Origin: a virus
DNA length: 64,000 bases
Virus record (IMG/VR): IMGVR_UViG_3300046007_008124
Coordinates: 1-64,000 of that record
Reading direction: 5' to 3' (one strand)
Shown: one piece after another, positions 8,762 through 18,999 of the stretch
Position numbering within the stretch: position 1 is the first letter of the stretch
Layout: the number at the start of each line of letters is the position of its first letter
Notes under the pieces: generated by a model
Seen by the model: only the letters and a program-made list of their open reading frames with translations
Database searches by the model: none
Told to the model about the DNA's origin: nothing
Position numbers and translations under genes: made by a program

Positions 8762-10321
8762 TCAATTAATCCGAATATTTTGATTTAATATAGTATTATC
8801 TTTATCTAATAATTTTTGAAGTATGTTCTCAACTGTTGTTCCGTCTGTTGCAACTGGAACTGGTGCTAAACCTGGAAATGCGTGAACGTGTGAAACAAGA
8901 AAGTTTACAATTTCTTGAAGTAATACCATTAACTGGTCCCCTCTCACCATTGGATCCGTTTTCAAGTAAACTTCATTTGTAAATTTTTCTTGGTCAATAC
9001 CATATAATGTACCAGTTAAATCTATTTTACTACCTTTTGGTCCTATAACAGATTTGTGTGATAATAAATAAACAAAATCACCACCCATAGTACCATAGGT
9101 AACTGGTGTTTGTGTATATGTAGATGTCTCAACTTTAGTTCTTGTTATTGTTGGTTGTTGACCAAAAACATTTTGTTGCCAAATAAGGCCATAACCTGAA
9201 TTTGGTGCTGACTGAATTAATTTCACACCATTGTATATTTTTGTAAAATTTTGTTCATCAATAACAGTGGTTGATGTTACTGTTTCTGATAATTCAGAAT
9301 TAAATTTACTAGGTCTATAATAAAATGGGAACTGATTTTCTAAATTAACACCATCTTGTGATGGATAACTAATATAACCATTAATATTTATTTTACCATT
9401 ATTAACACCTTGGATAAACTGATTAATTAATTGTGTTGTTTCATCTGATGTTTTTCCTGTAAAATTTAATTGATATAATGTTGATGAAATATAACTTGTT
9501 AAATCTGAAGATAATGTTACTTTTGGATGTTTAGTATTTTCATCTTCTTTTAAACTAAATAATTTAATTGACCCATCAAACGTTGTTCCAGATAAATTTG
9601 TAACTTCCCACTCAACTAGGTTTTTAACATATTTTACTTCTTGTATAACGTTTGTAACCGTAGTATCCCCACTTTTTACTTTTTCTAATCCAAATGTTGA
9701 AACTTGTACAAAAGACCTTTTATCATTTGGTGTTGGTATATTAAAATCAGCACTACTAGATTCTAATGGATTTAATTTTCCAGATCTTAATAGAACACCA
9801 TCAAAACCATTTGCATCGTCTTTTCTAATAACTAAATCCGAAGTTCCACGGCCAAGAAGGGCGTTGTCACCAGGTTCCGGATATATACCAAATGCTTTTG
9901 GATCCGTAACACCGGTTTTTCTATTTTTTAACTCATTTGCCGGTTTAAAAAACTCACCACTAGCTAGCATTGTTTGTGAGTTTGTCCATTCTTCTTTAAA
10001 ATTATTTTGTGGACGAGTTATTGGACCTTGAATATAAAATTTACTATTGTCTAATCTTTCTCTTTTGTTGTAAAAGAATATATTAATGTATTCACCAACT
10101 TTTGGCACTTGGTTTATATAATATGGTAATAATGGTAAAAAAATAAAAGGGTCTCTAGCTGTCCATTTATCCTTTTCTTCATCCCAACCTTCCGGTAAGG
10201 AATCTTGATATCTTTCATAAATAGGTATAGCTCTAACTCTACCAAGCATCATAGGATCCTGATTATCATTTACGTGACCTTGAAAAATTACCTTACTTTG
10301 TAACCAACCCTCTAGACTCAT
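8762..10321 (-). CDS. baseplate hub/central spike protein (gp5 N-terminal OB-fold-like)
   Basis: N-terminal GHVNDNQDPMMLGRVR and PLLP...PKVGEYINIFF; C-terminal HVH resembling the HxH of spike tips. Confidence 0.7.
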   Translation of the reverse strand: MSLEGWLQSKVIFQGHVNDNQDPMMLGRVRAIPIYERYQDSLPEGWDEEKDKWTARDPFIFLPLLPYYINQVPKVGEYINIFFYNKRERLDNSKFYIQGPITRPQNNFKEEWTNSQTMLASGEFFKPANELKNRKTGVTDPKAFGIYPEPGDNALLGRGTSDLVIRKDDANGFDGVLLRSGKLNPLESSSADFNIPTPNDKRSFVQVSTFGLEKVKSGDTTVTNVIQEVKYVKNLVEWEVTNLSGTTFDGSIKLFSLKEDENTKHPKVTLSSDLTSYISSTLYQLNFTGKTSDETTQLINQFIQGVNNGKININGYISYPSQDGVNLENQFPFYYRPSKFNSELSETVTSTTVIDEQNFTKIYNGVKLIQSAPNSGYGLIWQQNVFGQQPTITRTKVETSTYTQTPVTYGTMGGDFVYLLSHKSVIGPKGSKIDLTGTLYGIDQEKFTNEVYLKTDPMVRGDQLMVLLQEIVNFLVSHVHAFPGLAPVPVATDGTTVENILQKLLDKDNTILNQNIRIN

Positions 10322-10508
10322 ATTCTTTTAATATTGTGTTATAACTTAATTCTAGTTTATCTAAATGTAAACTTAACTTTATTAAAGATTCTTTTGTTAA
10401 TTCATAATCTTTTTTTATAAACTCCATAGCTAAAACCAAATCTTTATTTGGTCTAGTTTTGTGTTCTTTAATAATCTCAACAATTTTATCTGATTCTATT
10501 TTATCCAT
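10293..10508 (-). CDS. hypothetical coiled-coil protein
   Basis: 71-aa ORF in a tightly packed operon. Confidence 0.6.
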   Translation of the reverse strand: MDKIESDKIVEIIKEHKTRPNKDLVLAMEFIKKDYELTKESLIKLSLHLDKLELSYNTILKEYESRGLVTK

Positions 10509-10510
10509 AA

Positions 10511-12430
10511 TTAACCTTTTTTTCCATAACTTGATAATCCTTTAGTCACACCGATTGGTAAAACGGTCATTGGTTTTACCGCAACCTGAAGGCTACCGTT
10601 TTGTCTATCTTCTTTATCTGACCCATCTAAAATTGCCTTAATTGATACTAACATCAAATTAGGACTTCCGTCTGGCATAGGTCCGGTAGGTAGCCCAAGT
10701 TTTTCAAACTCTTCAATAACATTTAAAAACGCTCTTGTAGAAGAATAGCCGTCAAGTAATTCGGAACTTAACAAAAGTGGATAAGGAATTTTATTACCAA
10801 AACCTTTACCCGCTAATTTTAATAAAGAAAGTAATTCATCAATAACACTTTTACATTCTCTAAAATCTTTTACAATATTTGCTAACGTTACTAAAACTTC
10901 AGTTAAAGAACGTATTGCTTCTAATCTATTTCGTATTTTTTCATTTTTAATGTCACCAATAATACCCTTAATTAAACTTAAAATGTCTTTTCTTATTATG
11001 TTAAATAATATTTTAGCAAAAAGAGCACCGATTTTTGATGCAATATTTACTATCATTTTTTTAAATCTTTTAGCAAAATCCATAAAAGAATTAATTGCTA
11101 AATCAACATTATCCCCTAAAGCTTTTAGCATAACAATTAATGGTAGTAAAACTTTTGGTGTTAAAAGAGCTAATATAACTGCTTTTGGAAATTCTTTTAA
11201 GAATGATAAATCAATATCAATTTCTAATGGAAACCAACCTGGGTTACTAGTTAAAATGTCTGTTAAATTTGCGGCGTCATCAATGTTGTTATTGTTGTTT
11301 GAGTCTTCAACAAAATTTAAATTATTTAAACCATTTAAAATGTCATCAGTATTTACCGGTAATTTAACAGTATCACACTCCTCAAATTCAACAACACCTA
11401 ATTTAATATCTGAAATTTTTTGATCTATAATTCTTAAATCAACTTCGTCAAACTCAAAAAAAGATTCATCTATTGTATCATTTTCAGAAACCTTTGCTGT
11501 TCCAGAAACATCAATTTCTTCATTTTTGTCAAAACAAATTCCAAGGATTCTTTGTAAGATTAAAAGTATTTTTTGTAAGTCACCTAATTCTAATTTTCCT
11601 TCACCTTTTTTTATTGATATAACACCAGAAAGTTGGTTCATTAAATTTGCAAAAATTGATTTATAATCAAGAATATTTATTGTCGAATAATAGTCTTTTA
11701 TAAATTCTGTTATTTTGTTAACATTATTTACTCTATTTTTTAAATCTATTTTATAAAAATTACCCTGTATTGTTTGTGATGTTATTGGATCCACGTAACT
11801 TTCAACATATGTTATATCAAATAGTTCTTGATTAGATTTTCCTTTATATGCTGGATTACCAGATGGTACAGAATATGGTTGATTAATATTTTGAATTCTA
11901 CTATATAATTCTCTATTCATTGAAAATGGGTAATTATTATACTGAATATCATTAGCTTCATACAATGGTTTACCAACATCACTTTGTGGATCTTCTTTTA
12001 ATAAATTTTGTAAATCAATTGATTTAACTCGTATATATAAAGTTTGATTTGTAAATTCTTGATCTTGTGAACAACCAATAGCACTTGTAATTTCATTAAT
12101 TATTAACTCAATTATTTTTGGTTTTAATTCCTCAATAGATTTTACAAAAGTTTTTTTAAGATATTTTTTTGTACTTTTACCTGAACCTGTTGATAAAAAT
12201 TTTAAATTAAATAAATTATCTAATTGAGATTTTTTTTCTTTTTGGTGTTTTTTTTTATTTTTTTTTGCTTCAGATAATTGCTTAGAAATATTACTAGTTT
12301 TTTCTTCAAGTGAACTACCTTTCTTTTTTTTTAGGTTGTCACTATCTTCTTTTATTTTTTTATATTTTTTATTTATTGATATTTTACCACCAACAGAATC
12401 AAAACCATTATTAATATCTAAAGTAGCCAT
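10511..12430 (-). CDS. hypothetical protein (helical C-terminal half)
   Basis: 639-aa ORF coupled to its neighbours. Confidence 0.7.
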   Translation of the reverse strand: MATLDINNGFDSVGGKISINKKYKKIKEDSDNLKKKKGSSLEEKTSNISKQLSEAKKNKKKHQKEKKSQLDNLFNLKFLSTGSGKSTKKYLKKTFVKSIEELKPKIIELIINEITSAIGCSQDQEFTNQTLYIRVKSIDLQNLLKEDPQSDVGKPLYEANDIQYNNYPFSMNRELYSRIQNINQPYSVPSGNPAYKGKSNQELFDITYVESYVDPITSQTIQGNFYKIDLKNRVNNVNKITEFIKDYYSTINILDYKSIFANLMNQLSGVISIKKGEGKLELGDLQKILLILQRILGICFDKNEEIDVSGTAKVSENDTIDESFFEFDEVDLRIIDQKISDIKLGVVEFEECDTVKLPVNTDDILNGLNNLNFVEDSNNNNNIDDAANLTDILTSNPGWFPLEIDIDLSFLKEFPKAVILALLTPKVLLPLIVMLKALGDNVDLAINSFMDFAKRFKKMIVNIASKIGALFAKILFNIIRKDILSLIKGIIGDIKNEKIRNRLEAIRSLTEVLVTLANIVKDFRECKSVIDELLSLLKLAGKGFGNKIPYPLLLSSELLDGYSSTRAFLNVIEEFEKLGLPTGPMPDGSPNLMLVSIKAILDGSDKEDRQNGSLQVAVKPMTVLPIGVTKGLSSYGKKG

Positions 12431-12801
12431 TACTTGTTCATTTTATAACCACCATCGGTAGATGTGTCTTTATCAATTAAACTTTTCATTATATCATCAT
12501 CGAAATCTAAATCGGTTAATGTAAAGTTTTCTTGTTTATCTTGAGATTTTTGCCAAATTTGTGCTTGTAATTTTGATAGAGAAAGTTTTTTCTCAACACA
12601 ATCATTAATAATTTTTTGTTGTTTTTCTATTACAGGACCGATTAATGTCATATCTTCCGGTTCTTTCATCATAGTCAACATCTTATTTTGGATTCTTATT
12701 GCAGTATTTCTTTGTTCAACTAGTTCGTTGTAAATTTCTTGCATAAGAGACAACATCGACTCTTTTGTTAAATTAATTTGTTTTTTTTGTGGTCTAGGCA
12801 T
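12430..12801 (-). CDS. hypothetical protein
   Basis: 123-aa ORF; upstream TATTTAT. Confidence 0.65.
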   Translation of the reverse strand: MPRPQKKQINLTKESMLSLMQEIYNELVEQRNTAIRIQNKMLTMMKEPEDMTLIGPVIEKQQKIINDCVEKKLSLSKLQAQIWQKSQDKQENFTLTDLDFDDDIMKSLIDKDTSTDGGYKMNK

Positions 12802-12813
12802 AACAATAAATAC

Positions 12814-13563
12814 TTATTTTGATAATTCGTTTACAATTTTAAAATATATTTTTTTATATCTTTTTAAAGAATTTCTAATTTCTTTTGTTGTTAGGTTTGT
12901 CATTTCTCTTAATTCAAACAAAATTATGTTTTTATTAAACTTATTATTATTTGTTGTATCTTGAAATATTGTTGAGTAATTTTGAAATATGTCGTGTAAA
13001 GCTTCACCTAATTTAATTTCTTGTTCTGTAACGCCTTTTTCATCAAATGATGTTTTTAATTCTAATAAAAATTTATTTATTATTTGTTCGGTTGTAACTT
13101 CATCACCATCTATGTAATAAACCATATTTGGCATCGCGTCTAAATCACTTGAAATGTCTTCGTACGATATTTTTCTATTTGTCTCTTTTTGGTCTTTTTG
13201 TATTTGACCCATCAAATAATTTTTACAAATTGTACCAAAATAAGAGTATGCTTTCTTTTCTTTTGACGGTTTAAATTTGTCAATTTTTGTCATAAGAAAA
13301 GAATGTGTGTCCATATGAATCTCTTCAAAATCCATATCTTTTCTATACAATTTATATCGTCTTATAATTGACGAAATCATTTTATCTAAAGGATCTTTTA
13401 AAAACTCATTATATATTTTATTTTTATCTTCCCTCGAATTTGAACTTAGATATAATCTAACAGCATTTTCTTCCGGCTCATCAAAATATTTTTTAACAGT
13501 TGGTTTTCGTCCTTTCTTTTTCTTTTGTATTTCTTCAGTTTTTAACTCTTCATTTTCAAGCAT
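12814..13563 (-). CDS. phage RNA polymerase sigma factor (gp55-like, region 2)
   Basis: KYFD...KIYNEFL...KFKPSKEKKAYSYFGTICKNYL resembles sigma region 2.3 of phage late sigma factors. Confidence 0.7.
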   Translation of the reverse strand: MLENEELKTEEIQKKKKGRKPTVKKYFDEPEENAVRLYLSSNSREDKNKIYNEFLKDPLDKMISSIIRRYKLYRKDMDFEEIHMDTHSFLMTKIDKFKPSKEKKAYSYFGTICKNYLMGQIQKDQKETNRKISYEDISSDLDAMPNMVYYIDGDEVTTEQIINKFLLELKTSFDEKGVTEQEIKLGEALHDIFQNYSTIFQDTTNNNKFNKNIILFELREMTNLTTKEIRNSLKRYKKIYFKIVNELSK

Positions 13564-14363
13564 TAAATCTCTTGAGGTTCATATTTTATTTCTCTTTGTG
13601 AAGTAAATAAATATTCTTTTTTTGCCGAATCAATCCAAAATTTAACTTCATCTTCTGCTAATTTTTCTTCACCATATTTATAATTCCAGAAAATTGATCC
13701 TTCTCTCATATTCATATGTTTATAACCTATTTTTGGTATTGTTAAAAATTTAACATTAGATTGTGTCATTCTTAAAAAGAATTCATAACCAAAGGTTAAT
13801 TTTATGTTTGGTTTAAAACCACCATTTTTTAAAAAAGATTCTTTTTTAATGACCATTCCTGATATTTGAAAATTTTGGTACGTTTGTAAAGTTTCATTAC
13901 TTAAATAACCAAGTTCTTGTGTAAAGTTTGCAGCAAACGTCGCTTCATTTGTAAAACCAGCAAAAATACCTTTTTCATCAACATCAACAACTATTGGTAA
14001 AAATGAGTCAACATCTTTATATATCTCCATGTATTTTTTAACATTTTTAAACCATATATTTGAATATTCGTCGTCAAATTCTAATAATGATACCCACTCA
14101 CTGTTTGCTTGTTTAACACCTTCGTTAACTTGGTTAGCAAAGTTAGGTTCTTTATCCCAAAGAATACGATTTACGGTAAGACCACTAAAATTAAAGTTAT
14201 TTAAAAAATTAACTAATAATTCTTCATCTGTATGAACTAAAATTAATTCTTTTACATTCTCACCTTGGTTTAGTACTGAAATTATACTTTTTTCAAAGTA
14301 CTCGTCAAATAATTTAAATTTACCACTTTTTATTGGTAAGATAACTGATATTTTATTTTCCAT
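13563..14363 (-). CDS. glycosyltransferase family 2
   Basis: ISVILPI, NEGVKQANSEWVSLLEFDD, GGFKP motifs of the GT-A fold. Confidence 0.8.
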   Translation of the reverse strand: MENKISVILPIKSGKFKLFDEYFEKSIISVLNQGENVKELILVHTDEELLVNFLNNFNFSGLTVNRILWDKEPNFANQVNEGVKQANSEWVSLLEFDDEYSNIWFKNVKKYMEIYKDVDSFLPIVVDVDEKGIFAGFTNEATFAANFTQELGYLSNETLQTYQNFQISGMVIKKESFLKNGGFKPNIKLTFGYEFFLRMTQSNVKFLTIPKIGYKHMNMREGSIFWNYKYGEEKLAEDEVKFWIDSAKKEYLFTSQREIKYEPQEI

Positions 14364-14364
14364 A

Positions 14365-15426
14365 TTATTCTATTGTTTCAAGTTTATTTATTTGTTCTTT
14401 AAAAGTTGTTGCTCTAGTTGTTATCATTTTATCAAAAATACTTACAACGTTAGTATTAAAATCTTCTTCAGTTTTTAAGTTATTTTTTGTTTTTTCCATT
14501 TCACTGTATAACTCTGGACTAATATTGTCTTCTAACCAATTTTGGATGTAATCGGCAATAACATCAACTAAAATATTTTGATTGTTAATCCAAATTCCAT
14601 TATTTTCGTTCATCCATTCCGGAACCATATTTGGGACTACCCCTATAACTGGAATACCCATTTTAATAGATTCTAAAGGAAAAGTACCATATGCTGAAGT
14701 ATTATCAATCCAAATAGAAACAAAACTATCTTTCATTCTTTCAGCAAAATCATTTTCAGATAAACCTCTTAAATCTCTAAATGTAAACCATCTATATTGT
14801 GGAAATCTAGTATAAAAAGCTTTAATTAAATTTGTCGTATCTCTATGATCTCTTGTATGAATATTGATAATTGTTTTTGGTGGAAGTTCCGGAGTTTTAA
14901 AATTTTCAGAAATGAATGGCTCAACAACATCAATTGATACATTTCTCATAATGTTTTCAATCCACTCCTTCTGTTTTTCAGAGGTTGTAATACATTTGTA
15001 AATACCAAGTTGAGTCCAGGTTTCACCTGGTTGTAAAGTTTCAAATATATGGTCATAAGCTTGACAAAGTACAACTTTACCGCAAGGTAACTTTTTAACT
15101 TGATCCATAACAAAACCATAAATTTCCGGAATAATAATTAAGTCTTCCGGAGAAACTTCTAAATTACCACCCTCAATTGATTTGTGTTGTAGTTCATTCA
15201 TATATTCTTCACCTAACCAACTTGATACACCAAAGTAATCTGGTTTTTCGTGAAGAATTGTTGGGTTATAACCTGAGTTTTTTAAAGCCATAGCCATTTG
15301 ATAAATGTACCTTACAGACGCTTTTGCGTTACCTTTTGTGTCTTGTACTAGGAAGTAAATTCGTAATGTCTTTTCTTCCATATTTTTTATTGAATTTTCA
15401 ACCTTTAATATTTGTTCTTGATTCAT
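14365..15426 (-). CDS. GT-B fold glycosyltransferase (GT4-like)
   Basis: IIIPE and SAYGTFPLESIKMGIPVIG (E-x-F-G-x-P-x-E-like) motifs. Confidence 0.7.
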   Translation of the reverse strand: MNQEQILKVENSIKNMEEKTLRIYFLVQDTKGNAKASVRYIYQMAMALKNSGYNPTILHEKPDYFGVSSWLGEEYMNELQHKSIEGGNLEVSPEDLIIIPEIYGFVMDQVKKLPCGKVVLCQAYDHIFETLQPGETWTQLGIYKCITTSEKQKEWIENIMRNVSIDVVEPFISENFKTPELPPKTIINIHTRDHRDTTNLIKAFYTRFPQYRWFTFRDLRGLSENDFAERMKDSFVSIWIDNTSAYGTFPLESIKMGIPVIGVVPNMVPEWMNENNGIWINNQNILVDVIADYIQNWLEDNISPELYSEMEKTKNNLKTEEDFNTNVVSIFDKMITTRATTFKEQINKLETIE

Positions 15427-15432
15427 AACTTT

Positions 15433-15687
15433 TTATATTTTGTTTATTATTTTTTTCATTAATAATGTATTAAATGCTAATTTAAATGGTATTGATAATT
15501 CGGTTGATTTCATACCTAAATTTTCATCAACCTCACCATCTTCAGTTAACAAAACATCTAATAACAATTTTGTTGTTTCATACTTAACAACATGAATATT
15601 TGTCTCACCAGACTCACCCATAAATTGTGTAAACTCATCTAACTTGTCTAAGTCAATATAATAATTTTCATTCCATACTTCAAACAT
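15433..15687 (-). CDS. hypothetical protein
   Basis: 84-aa ORF overlapping its upstream neighbour. Confidence 0.6.
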   Translation of the reverse strand: MFEVWNENYYIDLDKLDEFTQFMGESGETNIHVVKYETTKLLLDVLLTEDGEVDENLGMKSTELSIPFKLAFNTLLMKKIINKI

Positions 15688-16339
15688 AAGATTCTATTTT
15701 TTTTAAGATTTCATTAAATTCAGATAGTGTGTTTATTTCGTATTCTGATTTAATTTGTTTATTGTAATTTGTATTGTATTTTACAACAATTTTATTTTCT
15801 GGTTTTTCTAATAATAAGGTAGGATTTGCGGTAAGTAAAATATCCACACTATTCCACATGTCATTTTTTGTTATTTCACTATAAAACATAATTTTTTCTA
15901 TCAAACAACCAAACTTAGATAAGAAAAAAAGTGAAGCCGGTTTTGACTTTCCAATTTCATCAGAAACAATGGACATTTCATAAGAATCTCTTAATTCGTA
16001 ATATAAATCATTTAACATACTAAATGTTGTCATTTCTGTTGATGGGGCGTGACCAAATAACTCCATTGTATATTCTTCAAACATAAATGAAAATAACTCT
16101 TCTTTATTTTGGAAAGAAAAATGTTTCATTAAATCTAATGAGTCAACATCACTTAATATTTCATATTTAAATGGTTCTGAAATTTGATTTTCTTCTGTAT
16201 TACCAGATAGGTCAATATTAAATGTCTGACTAACAAAATCTTCTTGATTTAAATCAATTAAATGTTTTTCATAAATTTGTTTAAACTTTTCTATAGTATC
16301 TCTTAAAACACCATTAATATCAATCCCTATTTTCGTCAT
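15680..16339 (-). CDS. HAD-superfamily 5'(3')-deoxyribonucleotidase-like protein
   Basis: IGIDINGVLRD motif-I-like start and C-terminal TNYN. Confidence 0.6.
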   Translation of the reverse strand: MTKIGIDINGVLRDTIEKFKQIYEKHLIDLNQEDFVSQTFNIDLSGNTEENQISEPFKYEILSDVDSLDLMKHFSFQNKEELFSFMFEEYTMELFGHAPSTEMTTFSMLNDLYYELRDSYEMSIVSDEIGKSKPASLFFLSKFGCLIEKIMFYSEITKNDMWNSVDILLTANPTLLLEKPENKIVVKYNTNYNKQIKSEYEINTLSEFNEILKKIESYV

Positions 16340-17054
16340 CGTACTTTTTCAAAATTTTACCAATTAATGGATTACGAACATTTTTTGCGTCTCTAAAATC
16401 ATAGACACCAATATCATCAATGTTTTTAAATCTTTGTATTGCATCATATAGACCAGATTGTTTTTTATCCTTATATCTATCTGTTTGTTCTAAATCTCCT
16501 GATATAAAGAATTTACTATTAAAACCAATTCTTGTCAATAGTAATTTCATTTGATTTGGTGTTGAGTTTTGTGCTTCTTCAAAAATTAGTATTGAATTGT
16601 CAATGTTCATACCCCTCATATAAGCAAGAGCAAATACCTCAATAATTTCAGCTTCCTTTAACTTTTCTCTAGCTTCTTTACCGATAATTTTATTTAAAAG
16701 ATAGTATGATGGAAATATATAAGGATCCAATTTTTCTTCAAGATTACCAGGTAAAGAACCTAATTTTTCTTCAGCTTCAACAGCCGGACGAACAATGATA
16801 ATTTTTTCATAAGAATTATCTGAATCGATAAGTAAATCAACGGCAGCTTTCATTGCAATATAAGATTTACCAACACCAGCAGGGCCTGAAGCAACTGTAA
16901 TTTGATTGTTTTTTAAAATATTATAATACTCCTCTTGGTGTTCTGTTAAAAATTTATTTCTTTGTTTTTTCTTTATAACGGCATTTATAAAATCTTTTCT
17001 TGAAATTGGTTGTGCTGTTGTTTGTTCTTCTTTTGGTTTTGTTTTTCTAGTCAT
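16320..17054 (-). CDS. phoH: PhoH family ATPase
   Basis: GPAGVGKS, RPAVEAEEKLGSLPG, AYMRG, EAQN, GDLEQTD. Confidence 0.95.
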   Translation of the reverse strand: MTRKTKPKEEQTTAQPISRKDFINAVIKKKQRNKFLTEHQEEYYNILKNNQITVASGPAGVGKSYIAMKAAVDLLIDSDNSYEKIIIVRPAVEAEEKLGSLPGNLEEKLDPYIFPSYYLLNKIIGKEAREKLKEAEIIEVFALAYMRGMNIDNSILIFEEAQNSTPNQMKLLLTRIGFNSKFFISGDLEQTDRYKDKKQSGLYDAIQRFKNIDDIGVYDFRDAKNVRNPLIGKILKKYDDENRD

Positions 17055-17721
17055 AGTTATATTTTATTTTTTTTAATACAAATTCATTACTTGATGGTTT
17101 ATCTATGTTTGTTAAACTAAGTTCTGGGTATACTAATGAACCAATTATTTCATATTCATTATTTAATAATTCTAATACAATATAATCAACAGCACCTTTA
17201 ACTTTTGGGCTATAGATATTATCCATATAATCATCAAAAACAATATAACCACCAGGTTTAACTAAATTAGAAAAATTTTTAAAATCATTTAAAACCCCTT
17301 CGTATGAGTGATCACCATCAATAAAAAGAATATCAACAGATTTTACGGTTTTTTTTACCGATTCTATAATTTTTTCATCAAAAGAACTACCCTCAAAATA
17401 ATCATAAGAGCAGTTTTCATTTTTAAATTTATTAACATTACGAATTGGTATCTCTTTATTTATTGGTGATCCTAAATCAACACTATAGACTTTTTTAACT
17501 TTTGGGTTAGTAGATACTAGGGAAGCTGATCCACCAGCAAAAGCACCAATTTCTAAATAAGTAATATCATTATGATTAAAAGAATCACATATATCATAAA
17601 GTATGTGATAGTGATTATGGAAACTTTTATTTTCCATGTTTTCTATGATAAAATTTACTTTATCTAAAGAATTTTTTGTAATATTAAAAGGAATATTATT
17701 TTCTTGAGTAACCTTCTTCAT
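17047..17721 (-). CDS. class I SAM-dependent methyltransferase (Methyltransf_24-like, often glycan O-methylation)
   Basis: LEIGAFAGGS, DILFIDGDHSYEGV..D, PGGYIVFDD. Confidence 0.85.
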   Translation of the reverse strand: MKKVTQENNIPFNITKNSLDKVNFIIENMENKSFHNHYHILYDICDSFNHNDITYLEIGAFAGGSASLVSTNPKVKKVYSVDLGSPINKEIPIRNVNKFKNENCSYDYFEGSSFDEKIIESVKKTVKSVDILFIDGDHSYEGVLNDFKNFSNLVKPGGYIVFDDYMDNIYSPKVKGAVDYIVLELLNNEYEIIGSLVYPELSLTNIDKPSSNEFVLKKIKYNYD

Positions 17722-18406
17722 CGTGTCTACATGTTAATTTGTTTATAAAATAACTCTTTAGGTTATTTGATTCAATATAATTTCTTACCCTCTCCCAGAG
17801 ATCAGCATCAGCTGGTAACCCAACTTTTTTATTAAGGTCATATAAATCTCTATAAAGTAAAGGAATTTGTTTAAAATTCATACATACTGAGGAATGTATT
17901 AGACAACTAGACTTTGGTAAAAATATGTTGTATAAGTTTTGTGTGTTTTGATTTGGGAGGAACCTATTTTCTGACATATGTGTTGATTTAGTACAAACCC
18001 ATGATGCACCAGTATTTTTAATACATTTGTAAATTTCTTCTAGATGATCTTCTAACCACCAATCGTCGTGGTCAAGATGACAAATATATTCATAACCATC
18101 TTTTAAAGATTTTAAAATTCCGTGGTTTGTTGCGTTAACACCGCCATAAGACCATAAAGCTTTCTTATCGTCTTTGTAGTTGTCTCTTTCTTTTGCGTAA
18201 GGTAGATTCTCAAAGTATAATTTATTACTATCATACTTTGAAACTAACTCTAGTATCTCAGAGTTATTTTCATATTTATCCCCAATTAAATATACTTTAA
18301 ATTCTTTATAAGTTTGGTTAAATACAGAATCAAGAGTTCTTTTTAATAGTTCTGGTGTTCTTTTATCGTCTCTTTGGTATGTACTAATTACAATTGAGAA
18401 TTTCAT
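17696..18406 (-). CDS. glycosyltransferase family 2
   Basis: FSIVISTYQR, SVFNQTY, YICHLDHDD. Confidence 0.85.
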   Translation of the reverse strand: MKFSIVISTYQRDDKRTPELLKRTLDSVFNQTYKEFKVYLIGDKYENNSEILELVSKYDSNKLYFENLPYAKERDNYKDDKKALWSYGGVNATNHGILKSLKDGYEYICHLDHDDWWLEDHLEEIYKCIKNTGASWVCTKSTHMSENRFLPNQNTQNLYNIFLPKSSCLIHSSVCMNFKQIPLLYRDLYDLNKKVGLPADADLWERVRNYIESNNLKSYFINKLTCRHDEEGYSRK

Positions 18407-18408
18407 AA

Positions 18409-18999
18409 TTATTTAATTTTTTTAGTTGGTAACCCAACATATGTTCCCGGTTCTAAAATATGTTTTACAATACCAGACCCAAGACCAATAGTTACATTGT
18501 TGCAAATGTTTATTTTTTCTCTTATTGATGAATTTGTTCCAAGATATACACAGTCACCTAAGTTACAATTACCTGAGACTTTAACTCCTGGGGCTGTTGT
18601 GAAGTAATCGCCAATCCTACAATCATGACCTATTGTTGTGTGTAGGTTTAGATGCGCATGCTTACCTATCTTAATATTTGTTGTTAGAATACATCCAGCA
18701 CATACTATACTCCCTTCACCTATCTCCAAATCTTTATCTAAAACTTGAGCTGATGGGTGTATGAAGGAGAAGTACTTAGTATTGCTTGGTAGTCTTTGAG
18801 ACATATCGTATCTCATTTTAGGATCTCCAATAGCAATCAATACTTCGTACTTACTAGGGTCAAACTCAGACAATGGTCTTATATATTCGTTACCTTCTTC
18901 CCAATAGTGATCATCTATAAACCGCTTTATAGTTGGGTCTCCAATATGGACAATAATTTCTTTAGCAAATCCACCATTGCCAATTAACGCTTTAATCAT
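18409..18999 (-). CDS. PglD/NeuD-family sugar acetyltransferase (hexapeptide repeat)
   Basis: IGNGGFAKE, IAIGDP, IHPSA, IGHDC, hexapeptide repeats, YVGLP. Confidence 0.9.
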   Translation of the reverse strand: MIKALIGNGGFAKEIIVHIGDPTIKRFIDDHYWEEGNEYIRPLSEFDPSKYEVLIAIGDPKMRYDMSQRLPSNTKYFSFIHPSAQVLDKDLEIGEGSIVCAGCILTTNIKIGKHAHLNLHTTIGHDCRIGDYFTTAPGVKVSGNCNLGDCVYLGTNSSIREKINICNNVTIGLGSGIVKHILEPGTYVGLPTKKIK

